NCBI GenBank assembly: GCA_965261395.1
Contig: OZ253462.1
Coordinates: 5,568,001 to 5,632,000 of the forward strand
DNA length: 64,000 bases
Direction of reading: 5' to 3'
Origin: Candidatus Latescibacterota bacterium
GTDB lineage: Bacteria; Latescibacterota; UBA2968; UBA8231
A program made the position numbers and the translations under genes. The notes beneath the pieces are model-generated. The model did not search any database and was not told where the DNA came from. It saw nothing but the letters and a program-made list of their open reading frames with translations. Shown piece after piece: positions 1-12,580 of the stretch (within the stretch, counting starts at the first letter, position 1; each line of letters starts with the position of its first letter).

Positions 1-63
1 CAACGGCTTTGGTGCTGGGTACGCAGCCGCTCAGATCAACCGCCGCCCCAGCCAGCATCCCGA

Positions 64-672
64 ATGATCCACATCGCCGTACTGGCCGGCGGCCAAAGCC
101 GACGCATGGGCCGCGACAAGGCCCTCCTGCCACTAGGCGACCAGACCCTAATTGAACGAGTTATCGCCGCGGCTCGCCCTCTCGCCTGTCCCTGCCTCAT
201 CGTCGGCGATCCCGCCACCTATGCCCACCTTGGGCTACCCGTCCATCCCGACCGCCACCCCGGGCTCGGACCCCTAGGCGGTCTGCACACCGCACTTGGC
301 CAGACCGCCGCGCCCGTGCTCCTCCTCGCCTGTGACTTGCCCTTTCTCACCCCGGACTTCCTCCGCCACCTCGCCAGCCGACGCGGGCCGCATCAAGCGG
401 TCGTGCCCTACACGGCCGCAGGACTGCAACCGCTCTGCGCGCTCTACGAGCCGTCCTGCTTGGCGGCCGTAGAATCCGCCATACAGGCCGGCCAACTCGG
501 CATGCGCAGCCTGCTGCACAATCTAAATTTGGATTTGGTAAGGGAAAAGGACTGGCGGCCCTACGACGAGCACGGCCTGCTTTTTGCCAATCTCAACGCG
601 CCCGAAGAGTACGAGCGGGCGCAAGCCGCACTCCTAAAATCCGGCATCCACCACGCTCAACACCAACAATAG
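64..672 (+). CDS. mobA: Molybdenum cofactor guanylyltransferase
   Basis: LAGGQSRRMGRDKALL, GPLGGL, LACDLPF, QPLCALY and NLNAPEE motifs; 202 aa. Confidence 0.92.
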   Translation: MIHIAVLAGGQSRRMGRDKALLPLGDQTLIERVIAAARPLACPCLIVGDPATYAHLGLPVHPDRHPGLGPLGGLHTALGQTAAPVLLLACDLPFLTPDFLRHLASRRGPHQAVVPYTAAGLQPLCALYEPSCLAAVESAIQAGQLGMRSLLHNLNLDLVREKDWRPYDEHGLLFANLNAPEEYERAQAALLKSGIHHAQHQQ

Positions 673-1493
673 CGGCAGATAGAGCACCGAGGCCTTGAGC
701 AGCCGCCGCGCACTGGTCACCGAGCGCGAGCAGCTAAGCGCGAGACCGGAGGCGAGAAACAGCGCGCCCAACACCAGCGCCCCGACCAGATAGAACGGCC
801 CGGTGAGGCCCATGAACGAAGGCAACACCGAAAAAATCAGCAGCAGCACCAAGTAGCCCATGATCTGCCAGCAGGTGCTGTTCCCATCCGGCTCGACGAC
901 GGGTAGCATCTTGAAACCGCCGCGCCGATAGTCGTCGCGGAAGATCCAAGCAATGGCATAGAAGTGCGGGTGCTGCCAAGCGAAGAGAATGAGAAAGAGG
1001 ACCACGGCTCCCGGGTCAATCGAGCCGGTCGCCGCCGTCCAGCCCCCCACCGGCGGCAGGGCACCCGGCACGGCCCCCAGCGAGGTGTTGAGCCAATTTT
1101 GCCGCTTCATCGGCGTGTACACCACCACGTAGAGAAACGCGGAGAGCAGCGCCAAAAACGCCGTCAACAACCCAGTGGTAAAAAGCAGAAAAACACCCCG
1201 ACCAACACCAGCGCAAAACCCATCGCCAGAGCCGTACCCGGCTTGACGCGCCCGGCTGGCAAGGGCCGGTTGCGGGTGCGCTTCATCAAACCATCGACAT
1301 CGCGTTCCAGATACTGGTTGAGCACCGACGAGCCGCACGTGGTCAGACCTGTGCCGACGAGCAGGCAGCAAAAAAGCAGCGGCGCGTGGATGCCTTGCCC
1401 GCCCCAGAAAAACCCCAAGGCGGCCGTAACCAGCACCAAAAAGGCAATTCTCGGTTTAGTCAGTTCCCAGTAGTCGTGCCAAGTAGCAGTCAT
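634..1493 (-). pseudogene. cyoE: Protoheme IX farnesyltransferase (heme O synthase), split by a frameshift
   Basis: The N-half (from ATG 1493: LTKPRI...NQYLERDVDGLMKRTRNRPLPAG) and the C-half (YTPMKR...GAVPGALPPVGGW...WQHPHF...DYRRGGFKML) lie in different frames. They join at the T5 tract (plus-strand A5, 1189-1193), where one extra T restores the frame. Confidence 0.8.
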
Positions 1494-1591
1494 ATCTATC
1501 TCGTTCCGCGACAAAAATATAAAGCTGGATCTATTAACGGACAATAAGACGAGGCGAGTTGACGCTTGGTTCGGTGCCCCGCCTATCGTAA

Positions 1592-4050
<2,459 letters not shown>

Positions 4051-4058
4051 CTCCTAGA

Positions 4059-5495
4059 TCAGGCCAACGACGCAAATTCCCATTCCTCCAATTCCACCAT
4101 CCCATCCACTGCCACCGGCACTCCCACCCCCAAACCCGCCACTTGCAGCGACCCTACCTCGATCTTTCCTCCCTGCACATCCAAGGCTACCAACCCACCG
4201 CCCACCGCCCGATAGAGCTTCCCGTGCGTGGCTAAGCAGGCCGCTTGCTCGTCTGCGGTCAAGTGATCCAATCCCCGCACGTAGTGGTGCCCGTTGCGCT
4301 CGACGTGCCCGATCCCCAGCGCCGCCACGTGCGCCAAATCCTGGTGCAGAGGCACCACCGGCAAGTTCATCAGGTCCTCGCCCGAGAGAAAACAGCCCTC
4401 CCGCCGCCGCGCCAACGCCAGATTGGCCAGCGCCTTGACCAGCCCTTTGCACGCCTTGGACGAAACGCCCTCGTATCCCAGCGCCAAGGCTTGGGGGAAG
4501 GTGTCCAGCGCATCGTCTGACTCGTCGATGAGCAAGGGACGACGCGCCGCGGCGGCCCGGATGCCCGCCTCTAGTGCAGCATCCAAAGCCACGCTCCGCT
4601 CTAGGGGCTGCTCGACGTAGAGAATGCGCTCGTACAAACGCGGCTGCTTGGCTGCGATGCCATCGATCAAACCAATGAGCGAGTCCATTTCCCGGTATTG
4701 CTCGTTGCCGTCGAGCGTGACCTTGTATTCAGCGTCGCGCCCGTCCAACAGCTCGGCAATCGCGGCCAACCGCTCCAAGTCGGCCTCCAAGTCGCCGTTC
4801 ACCTTGACCTTGAAGTACGCCAGCCCTTGGCACTCGACGCAATCGGCCAGCGACTGCGGCAACCCATCGTCCAATCGCTCCTCGGGCGCAATATCGCTTG
4901 GGACAATCGGATCGGCCAATCCCACTGTGTGCCGCACGTGCAGTTGCGCGAGCGGCGCAGTACCTATCACTTGGCCGGGCTCCACGCCTTGCAGCTCGGG
5001 GTGAATCGCCCCCAGATCCAATCCGAGGAGATTGGCCTTGAGTAACTCGAAGTAACTCGCGCCCACACCGCATCCCACCGCGTCGATCAGGGCGCGCTCC
5101 ATCAGCGTACTGCCGTGGACGGCCGTCAACCGATTCAGGCCGTGCGCATCGCCAGCGGATACCGTCTGGGCATAACCGGCCTGCCATATTGAAAAGAACG
5201 ACTTGGGCGACCGCGCCGCATCCAAATACGCTGACCGCGCCGACCGCGCCGACCACAGCAAGTCGGCGACATTGTCTTCGTAGCTTTTGGCCGGGTCCTT
5301 GTCGAACCACTTAGGTGGAAGAATGTCGGCGGCAACTCCTTGTACCGGAGTGCCGTTTTTTAGCACGCCCTGAGCCACTACGTGAAGAATTGGCACGGCA
5401 GTCAGCACGGCCGCGCCGTATTTGAAGGGCATGCGGGTATGCACATTCCGCATGTAGAACCGCACGTCCTCAAGCCTTATTTCTACGGCATTCAC
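4059..5495 (-). CDS. Enolase-superfamily (mandelate racemase/MLE-like) protein, paralog 2
   Basis: YFKVKV (KxK), LDGNE, EQP and IDES metal-ligand motifs; GTGA overlap with paralog 1. Confidence 0.8.
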   Translation of the reverse strand: MNAVEIRLEDVRFYMRNVHTRMPFKYGAAVLTAVPILHVVAQGVLKNGTPVQGVAADILPPKWFDKDPAKSYEDNVADLLWSARSARSAYLDAARSPKSFFSIWQAGYAQTVSAGDAHGLNRLTAVHGSTLMERALIDAVGCGVGASYFELLKANLLGLDLGAIHPELQGVEPGQVIGTAPLAQLHVRHTVGLADPIVPSDIAPEERLDDGLPQSLADCVECQGLAYFKVKVNGDLEADLERLAAIAELLDGRDAEYKVTLDGNEQYREMDSLIGLIDGIAAKQPRLYERILYVEQPLERSVALDAALEAGIRAAAARRPLLIDESDDALDTFPQALALGYEGVSSKACKGLVKALANLALARRREGCFLSGEDLMNLPVVPLHQDLAHVAALGIGHVERNGHHYVRGLDHLTADEQAACLATHGKLYRAVGGGLVALDVQGGKIEVGSLQVAGLGVGVPVAVDGMVELEEWEFASLA

Positions 5496-6919
5496 GACAA
5501 TTGCGCCTCCGCCAGCGGCTGCATAGCTGCGATATCGACCGCGCCATCAACCCCGAGACCAGGCCGTTGTAGGGAACCGACGGCGATCTGGCCTTCGCGA
5601 ATGTCGAGGAAGCCGCTCTGGCCTGCGGAGCGGTACAGATCGCCGTGCCGCTCAAAGCACCACGCCCGCTCAGCGGCCGACAAGTGGTCCAGCCCCCGCA
5701 CGTAGTGGTGCCCATTGCGCTCGACGTGCCCGATCCCCAACGCCGCCACGTGCGCCAAATCTTGGTGCAGCGACACCACCGGCACCGCGGTCAAATCCTC
5801 GGCCGCGACAAAACAGGGGCGGCCCGCGGCCGTGCGCTGCCAAGCGAGCGCGCTATTGGCCAGCGCCTTGACCAAACCCTTGCAACTCTTGGACGAAACG
5901 CCGCTGTAGCCCAAGTCCAAAGCGCGGCGGAAGGAATCCAAGGATTCGTCCGACTCGTCGATCAGCAGGGGCCGTTTCGCCGCCAAAACCTCGAGTTCTT
6001 TCTTTAGCGCGAGGTCGAGGGAAAGAGCGCGGTCCATGGGCTGCTCGACGTAGAGGATGCGGTGGTAAAACGCCCCCAGAGCCTTTTCAACCCGCTCCAG
6101 CAAGGCCAGTAAATCGGCCGCGTTGCCGTACTGTTCGTTGCCGTCGAGCGTGATGTGGTACTCCGCGCCGCTCTCGTCTAGGAGCGAGGCGATCTCCGCC
6201 AAGCGCTCGAAATCGGCCGCAGGGTCGCCGCCGATCTTGATCTTGAAATAGCGCAGACCCTGGCGCTGAATGCACTCCTCCAACGACTGCGGCAACCCGT
6301 CGTTCAACCGCTCCGCAGGCGCAATCGCGGCCGTGCGGATGGGATCGACCAAGCCGACCGTATGGCGGATGTACAGCGAGCGCACCGGCGTCGCCGGTAG
6401 CACTGCCGCAAGCTCCAACCCTTCTAATTCTGGGTGAATCCTCTCCAGCGCCAATCCGAGGACATTGTCCTGCAACAGCGCAAAATAGGGCTGCCCCAGC
6501 GCGACCCCCAAGCCGTCGATGAGCGCCCGCTCCATCAGGGCCGCGCCGTTGGACGCCAGCAGGTCGTTCGTGCCCCGCGCCCGACCCCACGCTCGATTGG
6601 CCTCGTAGCCCGCCTCCCAGATTGCGAATGGGGTCGCGCTGGCGCGACCCGACTCCCGATACGCGGTGGCGGCGGTTTGCGCTCCATCCACCAAGACCCG
6701 GATGCCCTCGGCCATCGTCTTGCTTGGGTCTTTGTCGAACCACCTAGGCGACAGCATGTCCGCAGACCAGCCCCGCGCCCGCTGGCCATTGCCCAACTCT
6801 ACGTCCATAGCCACGTGCAGCGCGGTCAGGCTATCAGCGACCACATTGCCAAACTTAAACGGCATGCGCATCCGCATCTCGCGCACGTAAAATTCAATGT
6901 CTTTAATCGTCACTAGCAT
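5492..6919 (-). CDS. Enolase-superfamily (mandelate racemase/MLE-like) protein, paralog 1
   Basis: Start re-called at ATG 6919 (MLVTIKDIEFYVRE), which aligns with paralog 2; YFKIKI, LDGNE, EQP and IDES motifs. Confidence 0.8.
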   Translation of the reverse strand: MLVTIKDIEFYVREMRMRMPFKFGNVVADSLTALHVAMDVELGNGQRARGWSADMLSPRWFDKDPSKTMAEGIRVLVDGAQTAATAYRESGRASATPFAIWEAGYEANRAWGRARGTNDLLASNGAALMERALIDGLGVALGQPYFALLQDNVLGLALERIHPELEGLELAAVLPATPVRSLYIRHTVGLVDPIRTAAIAPAERLNDGLPQSLEECIQRQGLRYFKIKIGGDPAADFERLAEIASLLDESGAEYHITLDGNEQYGNAADLLALLERVEKALGAFYHRILYVEQPMDRALSLDLALKKELEVLAAKRPLLIDESDESLDSFRRALDLGYSGVSSKSCKGLVKALANSALAWQRTAAGRPCFVAAEDLTAVPVVSLHQDLAHVAALGIGHVERNGHHYVRGLDHLSAAERAWCFERHGDLYRSAGQSGFLDIREGQIAVGSLQRPGLGVDGAVDIAAMQPLAEAQLS

Positions 6920-6924
6920 TTGGT

Positions 6925-8310
6925 TCAACTCCCGGCCAAGGCCTGCCGCGCCTTCTCCATCTGTTCGGCCACGGCCTGCGGGCCGGTGCCACCCTCTATG
7001 TTGCGGCGCGCCAAGCTGTGGCGCACGTCGAGCAGGCCGAGCGCGTCCTCGCCAAAATCTGCGCTGTGTGCGCGCAGATCGTCCAAGTGGAGGTCGGTGA
7101 GAGCGCGGCCATGCTCTAGCGCGGCCCGCACCAAGCGGCCAACGACGCGATGAGCCTCGCGGAAAGGCACACCTCGGCCGACCAAATAGTCGGCCAGATC
7201 CGTGGCCAAGGCCGTGGAATCCACCGCGGACTCCATCCGCTCGGCCCGCACCTCCATGCTCTCCCAAGCACCGGCGAAAACCTCTAGGCAAATGGCCGAC
7301 GTTTCCAGCGCGTCAAAGAGCGGCTCCTTGTCTTCTTGCAGATCCTTGGAGTATGTCAACGGCACGGCCTTCATCGTCGTCAGCAACGCCATCAGGCTGC
7401 CGTACACCCGGCCAGTCTTGCCGCGCACCAGCTCCAGCGCGTCCGGGTTTTTCTTTTGCGGCATCATGCTAGAGCCGGTGGCAAAGAGATCGTCGAGCTC
7501 GACAAAGCCAAACTCCGCCGACGACCAGAGGATCAAATCCTCGCAGAAGCGGCTCAAGTGCATCATTAGGATTGCCAGCGCGGAAAGAGTCTCGAGCAAA
7601 AAATCCCGGTCGCTGACCGCGTCGAGGCTGTTGGGGGTCACCTGTGAGAACCCGAGTTCGCGGGCGAGGAACGCCCGGTCGAGCGGAAACGCGCTCCCGG
7701 CCAATGCCCCGGAACCCAACGGCAGAAAGTCGGCCCGCCGCCAAGCGTCACCCAGCCGCCCTAGGTCGCGCTCCAGCATCCAGAACAGCGACAGCGCGTA
7801 GTGGGAGAAAAGAATCGGCTGCGCCTGTTGTAAGTGAGTGTAGCCGGGCAGCACCACGCGGCTGTGCTGCTCGCCCGACGCCAAGAGCACGCCTTGCAGG
7901 TGGCGGATTTGAGCCTGAAGCGACGCAATCGCGCCCCGCAGGTAGAGCCGCTCATCTACGTTGACTTGGTCGTTGCGGCTGCGCCCGGTGTGCAGCTTGC
8001 CCCCGACCGGGCCGATCAGCTCGGTCAGCCGTTGCTCCACCGCCATGTGGATATCTTCAAGCGCGTCGGGGAGCGCGCAGTCCGGGGCTGAAAATTCTTC
8101 CTGCACCTGCTTTAGCCCCACTTCGATCTGCTGCAGCTCTCCAGCTCTGAGGACGCCGGCCCGCTGCAGGGCGCGGGCGTAGGCCACGCTGCCCGCAATA
8201 TCGGCCTCCAACAGCTTGCGGTCGAAGCCAATAGAGGCGTTGAAGCGTTCCATCAGCTCGGCCGGTGCGGACTGAAACCGCCCGCCCCAAGGCGTTTGTA
8301 CCGCGGCCAT
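6925..8310 (-). CDS. argH: Argininosuccinate lyase
   Basis: WGGRF, LHTGRSRNDQ, PGYTHLQ and GSSMMPQKKNPD signature. Confidence 0.97.
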   Translation of the reverse strand: MAAVQTPWGGRFQSAPAELMERFNASIGFDRKLLEADIAGSVAYARALQRAGVLRAGELQQIEVGLKQVQEEFSAPDCALPDALEDIHMAVEQRLTELIGPVGGKLHTGRSRNDQVNVDERLYLRGAIASLQAQIRHLQGVLLASGEQHSRVVLPGYTHLQQAQPILFSHYALSLFWMLERDLGRLGDAWRRADFLPLGSGALAGSAFPLDRAFLARELGFSQVTPNSLDAVSDRDFLLETLSALAILMMHLSRFCEDLILWSSAEFGFVELDDLFATGSSMMPQKKNPDALELVRGKTGRVYGSLMALLTTMKAVPLTYSKDLQEDKEPLFDALETSAICLEVFAGAWESMEVRAERMESAVDSTALATDLADYLVGRGVPFREAHRVVGRLVRAALEHGRALTDLHLDDLRAHSADFGEDALGLLDVRHSLARRNIEGGTGPQAVAEQMEKARQALAGS

Positions 8311-9506
8311 CAGACACCTTGGCGCAGGATCTCGTCGAATACATCTACTGCCTCGTCAATGCGGTCCCGCTCGACGACTAGAGGCGGCAGAAAGCGCACC
8401 ACATCTACCCCAGCCGTGGCCACCAAGATGTCGCGCTGGCGGAAGGCGGCCAGATAATCGGCGGCCGGCTGGCGGGTGACCGCGCCGGCGATCAGCCCTT
8501 TGCCGCGAATTTCGGTGATGTGCTCAGGCCAGCGCTGTTGCAGCTTTTGCAGGCGGCCGATCAGGTGTTCGCCTTTTTCGCGCACCCCGTCGATAAAACC
8601 CGGCTCCAGCAGCTTGCCCAAGACCGCGGTCGCCGCGGCGCAGGCCACGGGGTTGGCACCGAACGTCGCGGCGTGGTCGCCGGCCTCAATGGCATCGGCG
8701 ACCTTTTGCCGCAAGAGCGCGACGCCGATCGGCAAGCCGCCGCCGAGGGCTTTGGCCAAGGTCATAATATCCGGCTCAACCTCGTATTGCTGATAGGCCC
8801 ACAGCGAGCCTAAGCGTCCGCATCCCACTTGGATCTCGTCGAAGACCAGCAGCATCTCCCGCTCGTCGCACAGGTGCCTCAGCCCGGTGAGAAATTCCCC
8901 AGTCGCGGCGTGAATCCCACCCTCGGCCTGCAACGGCTCGACCAATATCGCGCAGGTCTGATCCGAGACCAGCGATTCCACGGAGGCCAAATCGTTGAAA
9001 CGGGCGAAGTCGATGCCCGGCAGCAGCGGCTCAAACCCCTTGTGGTACTTGGGCTGGCCGGTCGTCGAGATGGATCCATACGTCCGCCCGTGAAAGGAGT
9101 TTTCAAAGGCGATGAGGCGATTTTTGGGCGAGTCGTGGGTGGTGTTGCCCCACTTGCGGCAGAACTTGAGCGAAGCCTCCCACGCTTCGGTGCCGCTGTT
9201 GCAGAAGAACACCCGATCGGCAAACGAGTGCTCGACCAGTCGCTTAGCCACCTCGACTGAGGGGATCGTATGGTAGAGGTTGGACACATGCATCAGCTTG
9301 GCGGCTTGGGTCTCAATGGCCTTGAGCACTCCGTAGTCGCCGTAGCCCAAGGCGTTGACCGCCAAGCCGCTGACAAAATCGAGGTAGCGGTTGCCGTCCA
9401 TGTCGAAGAGATAGACCCCATTGCCCCGCTCTAGTACGAACTCGGGCCGACCGTAGGTCTGCAAAATGTATTGTGCCTCGCCCTCGATAATGTCTTCGGT
9501 TTTCAT
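8310..9506 (-). CDS. argD: Acetylornithine aminotransferase
   Basis: FCNSGTEA, FHGRT, EPLQAEGG, DEIQVGCGR, AKALGGG; start re-called at MKTEDII; arg context. Confidence 0.92.
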   Translation of the reverse strand: MKTEDIIEGEAQYILQTYGRPEFVLERGNGVYLFDMDGNRYLDFVSGLAVNALGYGDYGVLKAIETQAAKLMHVSNLYHTIPSVEVAKRLVEHSFADRVFFCNSGTEAWEASLKFCRKWGNTTHDSPKNRLIAFENSFHGRTYGSISTTGQPKYHKGFEPLLPGIDFARFNDLASVESLVSDQTCAILVEPLQAEGGIHAATGEFLTGLRHLCDEREMLLVFDEIQVGCGRLGSLWAYQQYEVEPDIMTLAKALGGGLPIGVALLRQKVADAIEAGDHAATFGANPVACAAATAVLGKLLEPGFIDGVREKGEHLIGRLQKLQQRWPEHITEIRGKGLIAGAVTRQPAADYLAAFRQRDILVATAGVDVVRFLPPLVVERDRIDEAVDVFDEILRQGV

Positions 9507-9522
9507 GGTTTTCTCCGTCGTC

Positions 9523-10413
9523 CTACTGGACAATTTGGGTGCCAATGCCCTGCCGGGTGTAAAACTCTAGTAACATCGCATGGGGCACGCGCCCGTCAAT
9601 GACGTGGGTTTTGCGCACGCCGGCTTTGACGGACTTGACACAGGCTTCGACTTTGGGAATCATCCCACCGCAGATCACGCCTTGGTCAACCAGCTCGCCC
9701 ACCTCAGAGACGCGCACGGTTGATAGCAGGGACGCATCGTCTTTGAGATCGCGCATAATGCCCTGCACATCCGTTAAAAAAACTAATTTCTCGGCGTGCA
9801 GGGCCGCAGCAATTTGCCCGGCCGCCGTATCGGCATTGACGTTGAAGCTCTCGCCCTCCGGGCCGCGACCAATCGGCGCAACCACCGGGATCATGCCCTT
9901 GCCTATCAAGTCCAACAAAGGCGCGGTATCCACGTATTCGACATCGCCGACATAGCCGATATCCATAGCGCCGCTGTCGGTCTGAGCCCAGTGCTTGCAC
10001 ACCTGCATGATCCCAGCGTCCTTGGCCGAGACGCCCACGGCCCGCCCGTCTAGTGCGCCAATTTCGCGGACTATCCGAGCGTTGACCTCGCCAAAGAGCA
10101 CATCCTCAACCACCCTCATCGTCGCCGCGTCCGTCACCCGCAGCCCATCTACGCGCTGGCTCTCAATGCCTAGTGCTTGCAGGCGGCGGTTGATAGCCGG
10201 ACCGCCGCCGTGGACCACGACTGGACAGATGCCAACCACCTGCATGAAGACGATATCCTTGTGTACGGTGTCCCCGCCACCCATGGTGCTGCCGCCGTAT
10301 TTGACGACCATCACTTTGCCGCGAAATTCCTGTAGGTAAGGCAACGCCTCGATCAGGGTCTCGGCTTTATCAATATGGGCCTGCAAGCCCTGTAAGACCT
10401 CGACGTCCATCAC
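9523..10413 (-). CDS. argB: Acetylglutamate kinase
   Basis: EALPYL, KYGG, VHGGGP, GLRVTD, NVNAD and GGMIPKV motifs. Confidence 0.95.
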   Translation of the reverse strand: MMDVEVLQGLQAHIDKAETLIEALPYLQEFRGKVMVVKYGGSTMGGGDTVHKDIVFMQVVGICPVVVHGGGPAINRRLQALGIESQRVDGLRVTDAATMRVVEDVLFGEVNARIVREIGALDGRAVGVSAKDAGIMQVCKHWAQTDSGAMDIGYVGDVEYVDTAPLLDLIGKGMIPVVAPIGRGPEGESFNVNADTAAGQIAAALHAEKLVFLTDVQGIMRDLKDDASLLSTVRVSEVGELVDQGVICGGMIPKVEACVKSVKAGVRKTHVIDGRVPHAMLLEFYTRQGIGTQIVQ

Positions 10414-10877
10414 TTATCCTCGCCGCACACCGCGTTGATCTTATCGACTAACTGCGCCGCGTCTTGTTCTGAACGGGAGACGATAAAGATCGTGTTTTCG
10501 CCGGCAATCGTGCCCGCGACCTCGGTCCAACCAATGCGATCAATGGCCTCGCAGACGCTTTGAGCGTGCCCCGACGAGGTCCGCACCAGCACCATGTTGA
10601 TTACCTGTTCGGTCTGGACCAAAAAGTCCTGCAGCTCTCTCTCTAGGATGTGCAGGTCGCGCAGCGTAGCCCCGGCTTCGGGCAGCGTATAGCGAAAACC
10701 CCCATCGGCCTGCGGCACCCGCACCACGCCTATTTCGCGCAAGTCTTTCGACAAGGTCGATTGGCTGACCTCGATGCCTTGTTGCTGGAGGACCTCGGCC
10801 AATTTCTCGTGTGTATCAATGACTCTTCTATAGAGCAGTTCCCGTATGCGGGTCTGCCGCATCTGTTTGTTACGCAT
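10410..10877 (-). CDS. argR: Arginine repressor
   Basis: SQSTLSKDL winged HTH and C-terminal GTIAGENTI motif. Confidence 0.93.
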   Translation of the reverse strand: MRNKQMRQTRIRELLYRRVIDTHEKLAEVLQQQGIEVSQSTLSKDLREIGVVRVPQADGGFRYTLPEAGATLRDLHILERELQDFLVQTEQVINMVLVRTSSGHAQSVCEAIDRIGWTEVAGTIAGENTIFIVSRSEQDAAQLVDKINAVCGEDK

Positions 10878-10939
10878 AATTTTTATTATTTAATTGAAAT
10901 AAAAATTTCTAAATTAGAGTACCGCCGAGACCGTGTCAA
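10876..10939 (-). promoter_or_regulatory. argR operon promoter with tandem ARG-box-like palindromes
   Basis: Minus-strand TTGACA (10939-10934)-17 bp-TAATTT (10916-10911). Palindromes GAAAT-AAAA-ATTTC (10896-10909) and ATAAT-TTTT-ATTAT (10876-10889) are 20 bp apart. Confidence 0.7.
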
Positions 10940-10955
10940 GCAAAGCGTAGCCGCG

Positions 10956-11738
10956 CTACGCTCGGCCCGAAGCCATCTGCTCTTGCAGGCGCAGCTTGAG
11001 TTGCCGGCGATCCAGCCCCCGCCAAAAGACCCCGCCAATGGCCAGCGAAATGGTGCTGTTCTCCTCGGAAACGACGATGACTACCGCATCCGATTCCTGC
11101 GATAGACCCAATGCCGCCCGATGGCGGGTTCCCAGCCGCTGGTCCTCGATCTCTTCCGCCAAAGGCAAGGTGCAGCGGGCCGCCACCAAGCTCTCGCCTT
11201 GGATAACGACGGCTCGGTCGTGCAGCGGGGTGCGTGGGCTGAAGATCGTGGCTAGCAAATCGCCCGACACCTCCGAGTTCAGGGGCACCCCAGTCTCAAT
11301 GACCGGCCTGATCTGGACTTGGCGCACCAGCACGATCAGCGCCCCGTACCCCAAGTCGGCCAAGCGCCCGACTCCACCGACGACCTCGTCAATGACCCGG
11401 GACGGCTCGGCCTTGTAAAACCAGCGGAACGCCGGGGTCTGCCCCAAGACTTGGAGGAGCCGCCGTAACTCGGGCTGGAAGAGGATGACTAGTAGGATTA
11501 ACAAGATGGAGCGCGCCTGCTCCAACAGCCAAGACAGGGCGTTCATATTGAGCCAAGGCGCGGCCAAAGCCACGATCACCATTAGCAGTAGCCCGGCGAC
11601 CATGTGCGCGGCTCGGGTGTCCTTGATTAGGGAGAGCAAGCGAAAAAAGATAAAGGCCACCAGCAGGATATCCACCAAGGAGGTCAGCGAGACGGGCAGA
11701 AAGCCAAAGAGGTGGAACAGGACCGGGTCTTTTAGCAC
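10956..11738 (-). CDS. cdaA: Diadenylate cyclase CdaA (DGA motif altered to DRA)
   Basis: Three TM helices, FQPELRR, TPLHDRA and GTRHRAALG; folP-cdaA synteny. Confidence 0.9.
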   Translation of the reverse strand: MLKDPVLFHLFGFLPVSLTSLVDILLVAFIFFRLLSLIKDTRAAHMVAGLLLMVIVALAAPWLNMNALSWLLEQARSILLILLVILFQPELRRLLQVLGQTPAFRWFYKAEPSRVIDEVVGGVGRLADLGYGALIVLVRQVQIRPVIETGVPLNSEVSGDLLATIFSPRTPLHDRAVVIQGESLVAARCTLPLAEEIEDQRLGTRHRAALGLSQESDAVVIVVSEENSTISLAIGGVFWRGLDRRQLKLRLQEQMASGRA

Positions 11739-12580
11739 GATACTTGGCCCCGCACAGCCTCGACTAAGCGGACGGCCCGCAGCGTCGCGGCCACATCATG
11801 GACCCGCAGCACGTGGGCGCCCGCCCCAGCCGCGAGGGCAGCCGCCGCCAAGCTGCCCTCCAAGCTCTCGGCAGCCGAGAGCCCGAGCGTCTTCCATATA
11901 AAGGACTTGCGCGAGGCTCCCACCACCAGCGGGCACGCCAAGCCCAAGAAGCGCTCTAACATCCCCAATAAAGCGAGGTTGCCCTCCGGCGACTTGCCGA
12001 ACCCCAAGCCCGGATCCACGGCCACGCGCTCGATGCCCTGGGATTGGGCAACGCGTACGCGTTCTGCTAAAAAAGCGTACACTGTCCCGGGCAAGTCGTC
12101 GTAGTGAGTATTCCGCTGCATGGTAGCTGCCGTGCCCCGGCGGTGCATCAGTACCACGGGGGCCTTGGCCTGTGCGGCGACCTCAGCCATGGCCGAATCG
12201 TGCCGCAGGGCGCTAATGTCGTTGATAATATCGGCCCCCGCCTCAAGGGCTCGGCGCGCCACCGCGGCCTTGACCGTGTCAACCGAGATGGGCACATCGC
12301 TCTGGCGGCGGAGGCCCTCGACGACCGGGAGAACCCGGCCGCATTCCTCGGCGACCGAGACGTCCTCGGCGACCCCGTACATCGGCGGACGCGACGATTC
12401 GCCACCTATATCGACGATCGCCGCCCCTTCCTCCACCATCTCCAAACCGCGTTCCACCGCAGCCCTCGGCGCGCAGTAGCGGCCTCCGTCGTAAAATGAA
12501 TCGGGCGTCGCATTGAGGACGCCCATGATCTGTACTTGGTCGCCAAAGTGGAGGGTGCGGCCTCCCAACTCCCAGATCAC
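11732..12580 (-). CDS. folP: Dihydropteroate synthase
   Basis: MGVLNATPDSFYDGG, DIGGESSRP, DPGLGFGK, GASRKS and RVHDV motifs. Confidence 0.96.
   Translation of the reverse strand: MIWELGGRTLHFGDQVQIMGVLNATPDSFYDGGRYCAPRAAVERGLEMVEEGAAIVDIGGESSRPPMYGVAEDVSVAEECGRVLPVVEGLRRQSDVPISVDTVKAAVARRALEAGADIINDISALRHDSAMAEVAAQAKAPVVLMHRRGTAATMQRNTHYDDLPGTVYAFLAERVRVAQSQGIERVAVDPGLGFGKSPEGNLALLGMLERFLGLACPLVVGASRKSFIWKTLGLSAAESLEGSLAAAALAAGAGAHVLRVHDVAATLRAVRLVEAVRGQVSC

Noticed and set aside
6920-7291. N-terminal 124-aa extension of ORF 5492..7291
   Set aside because: It overlaps argH in another frame, and the paralog alignment starts at ATG 6919
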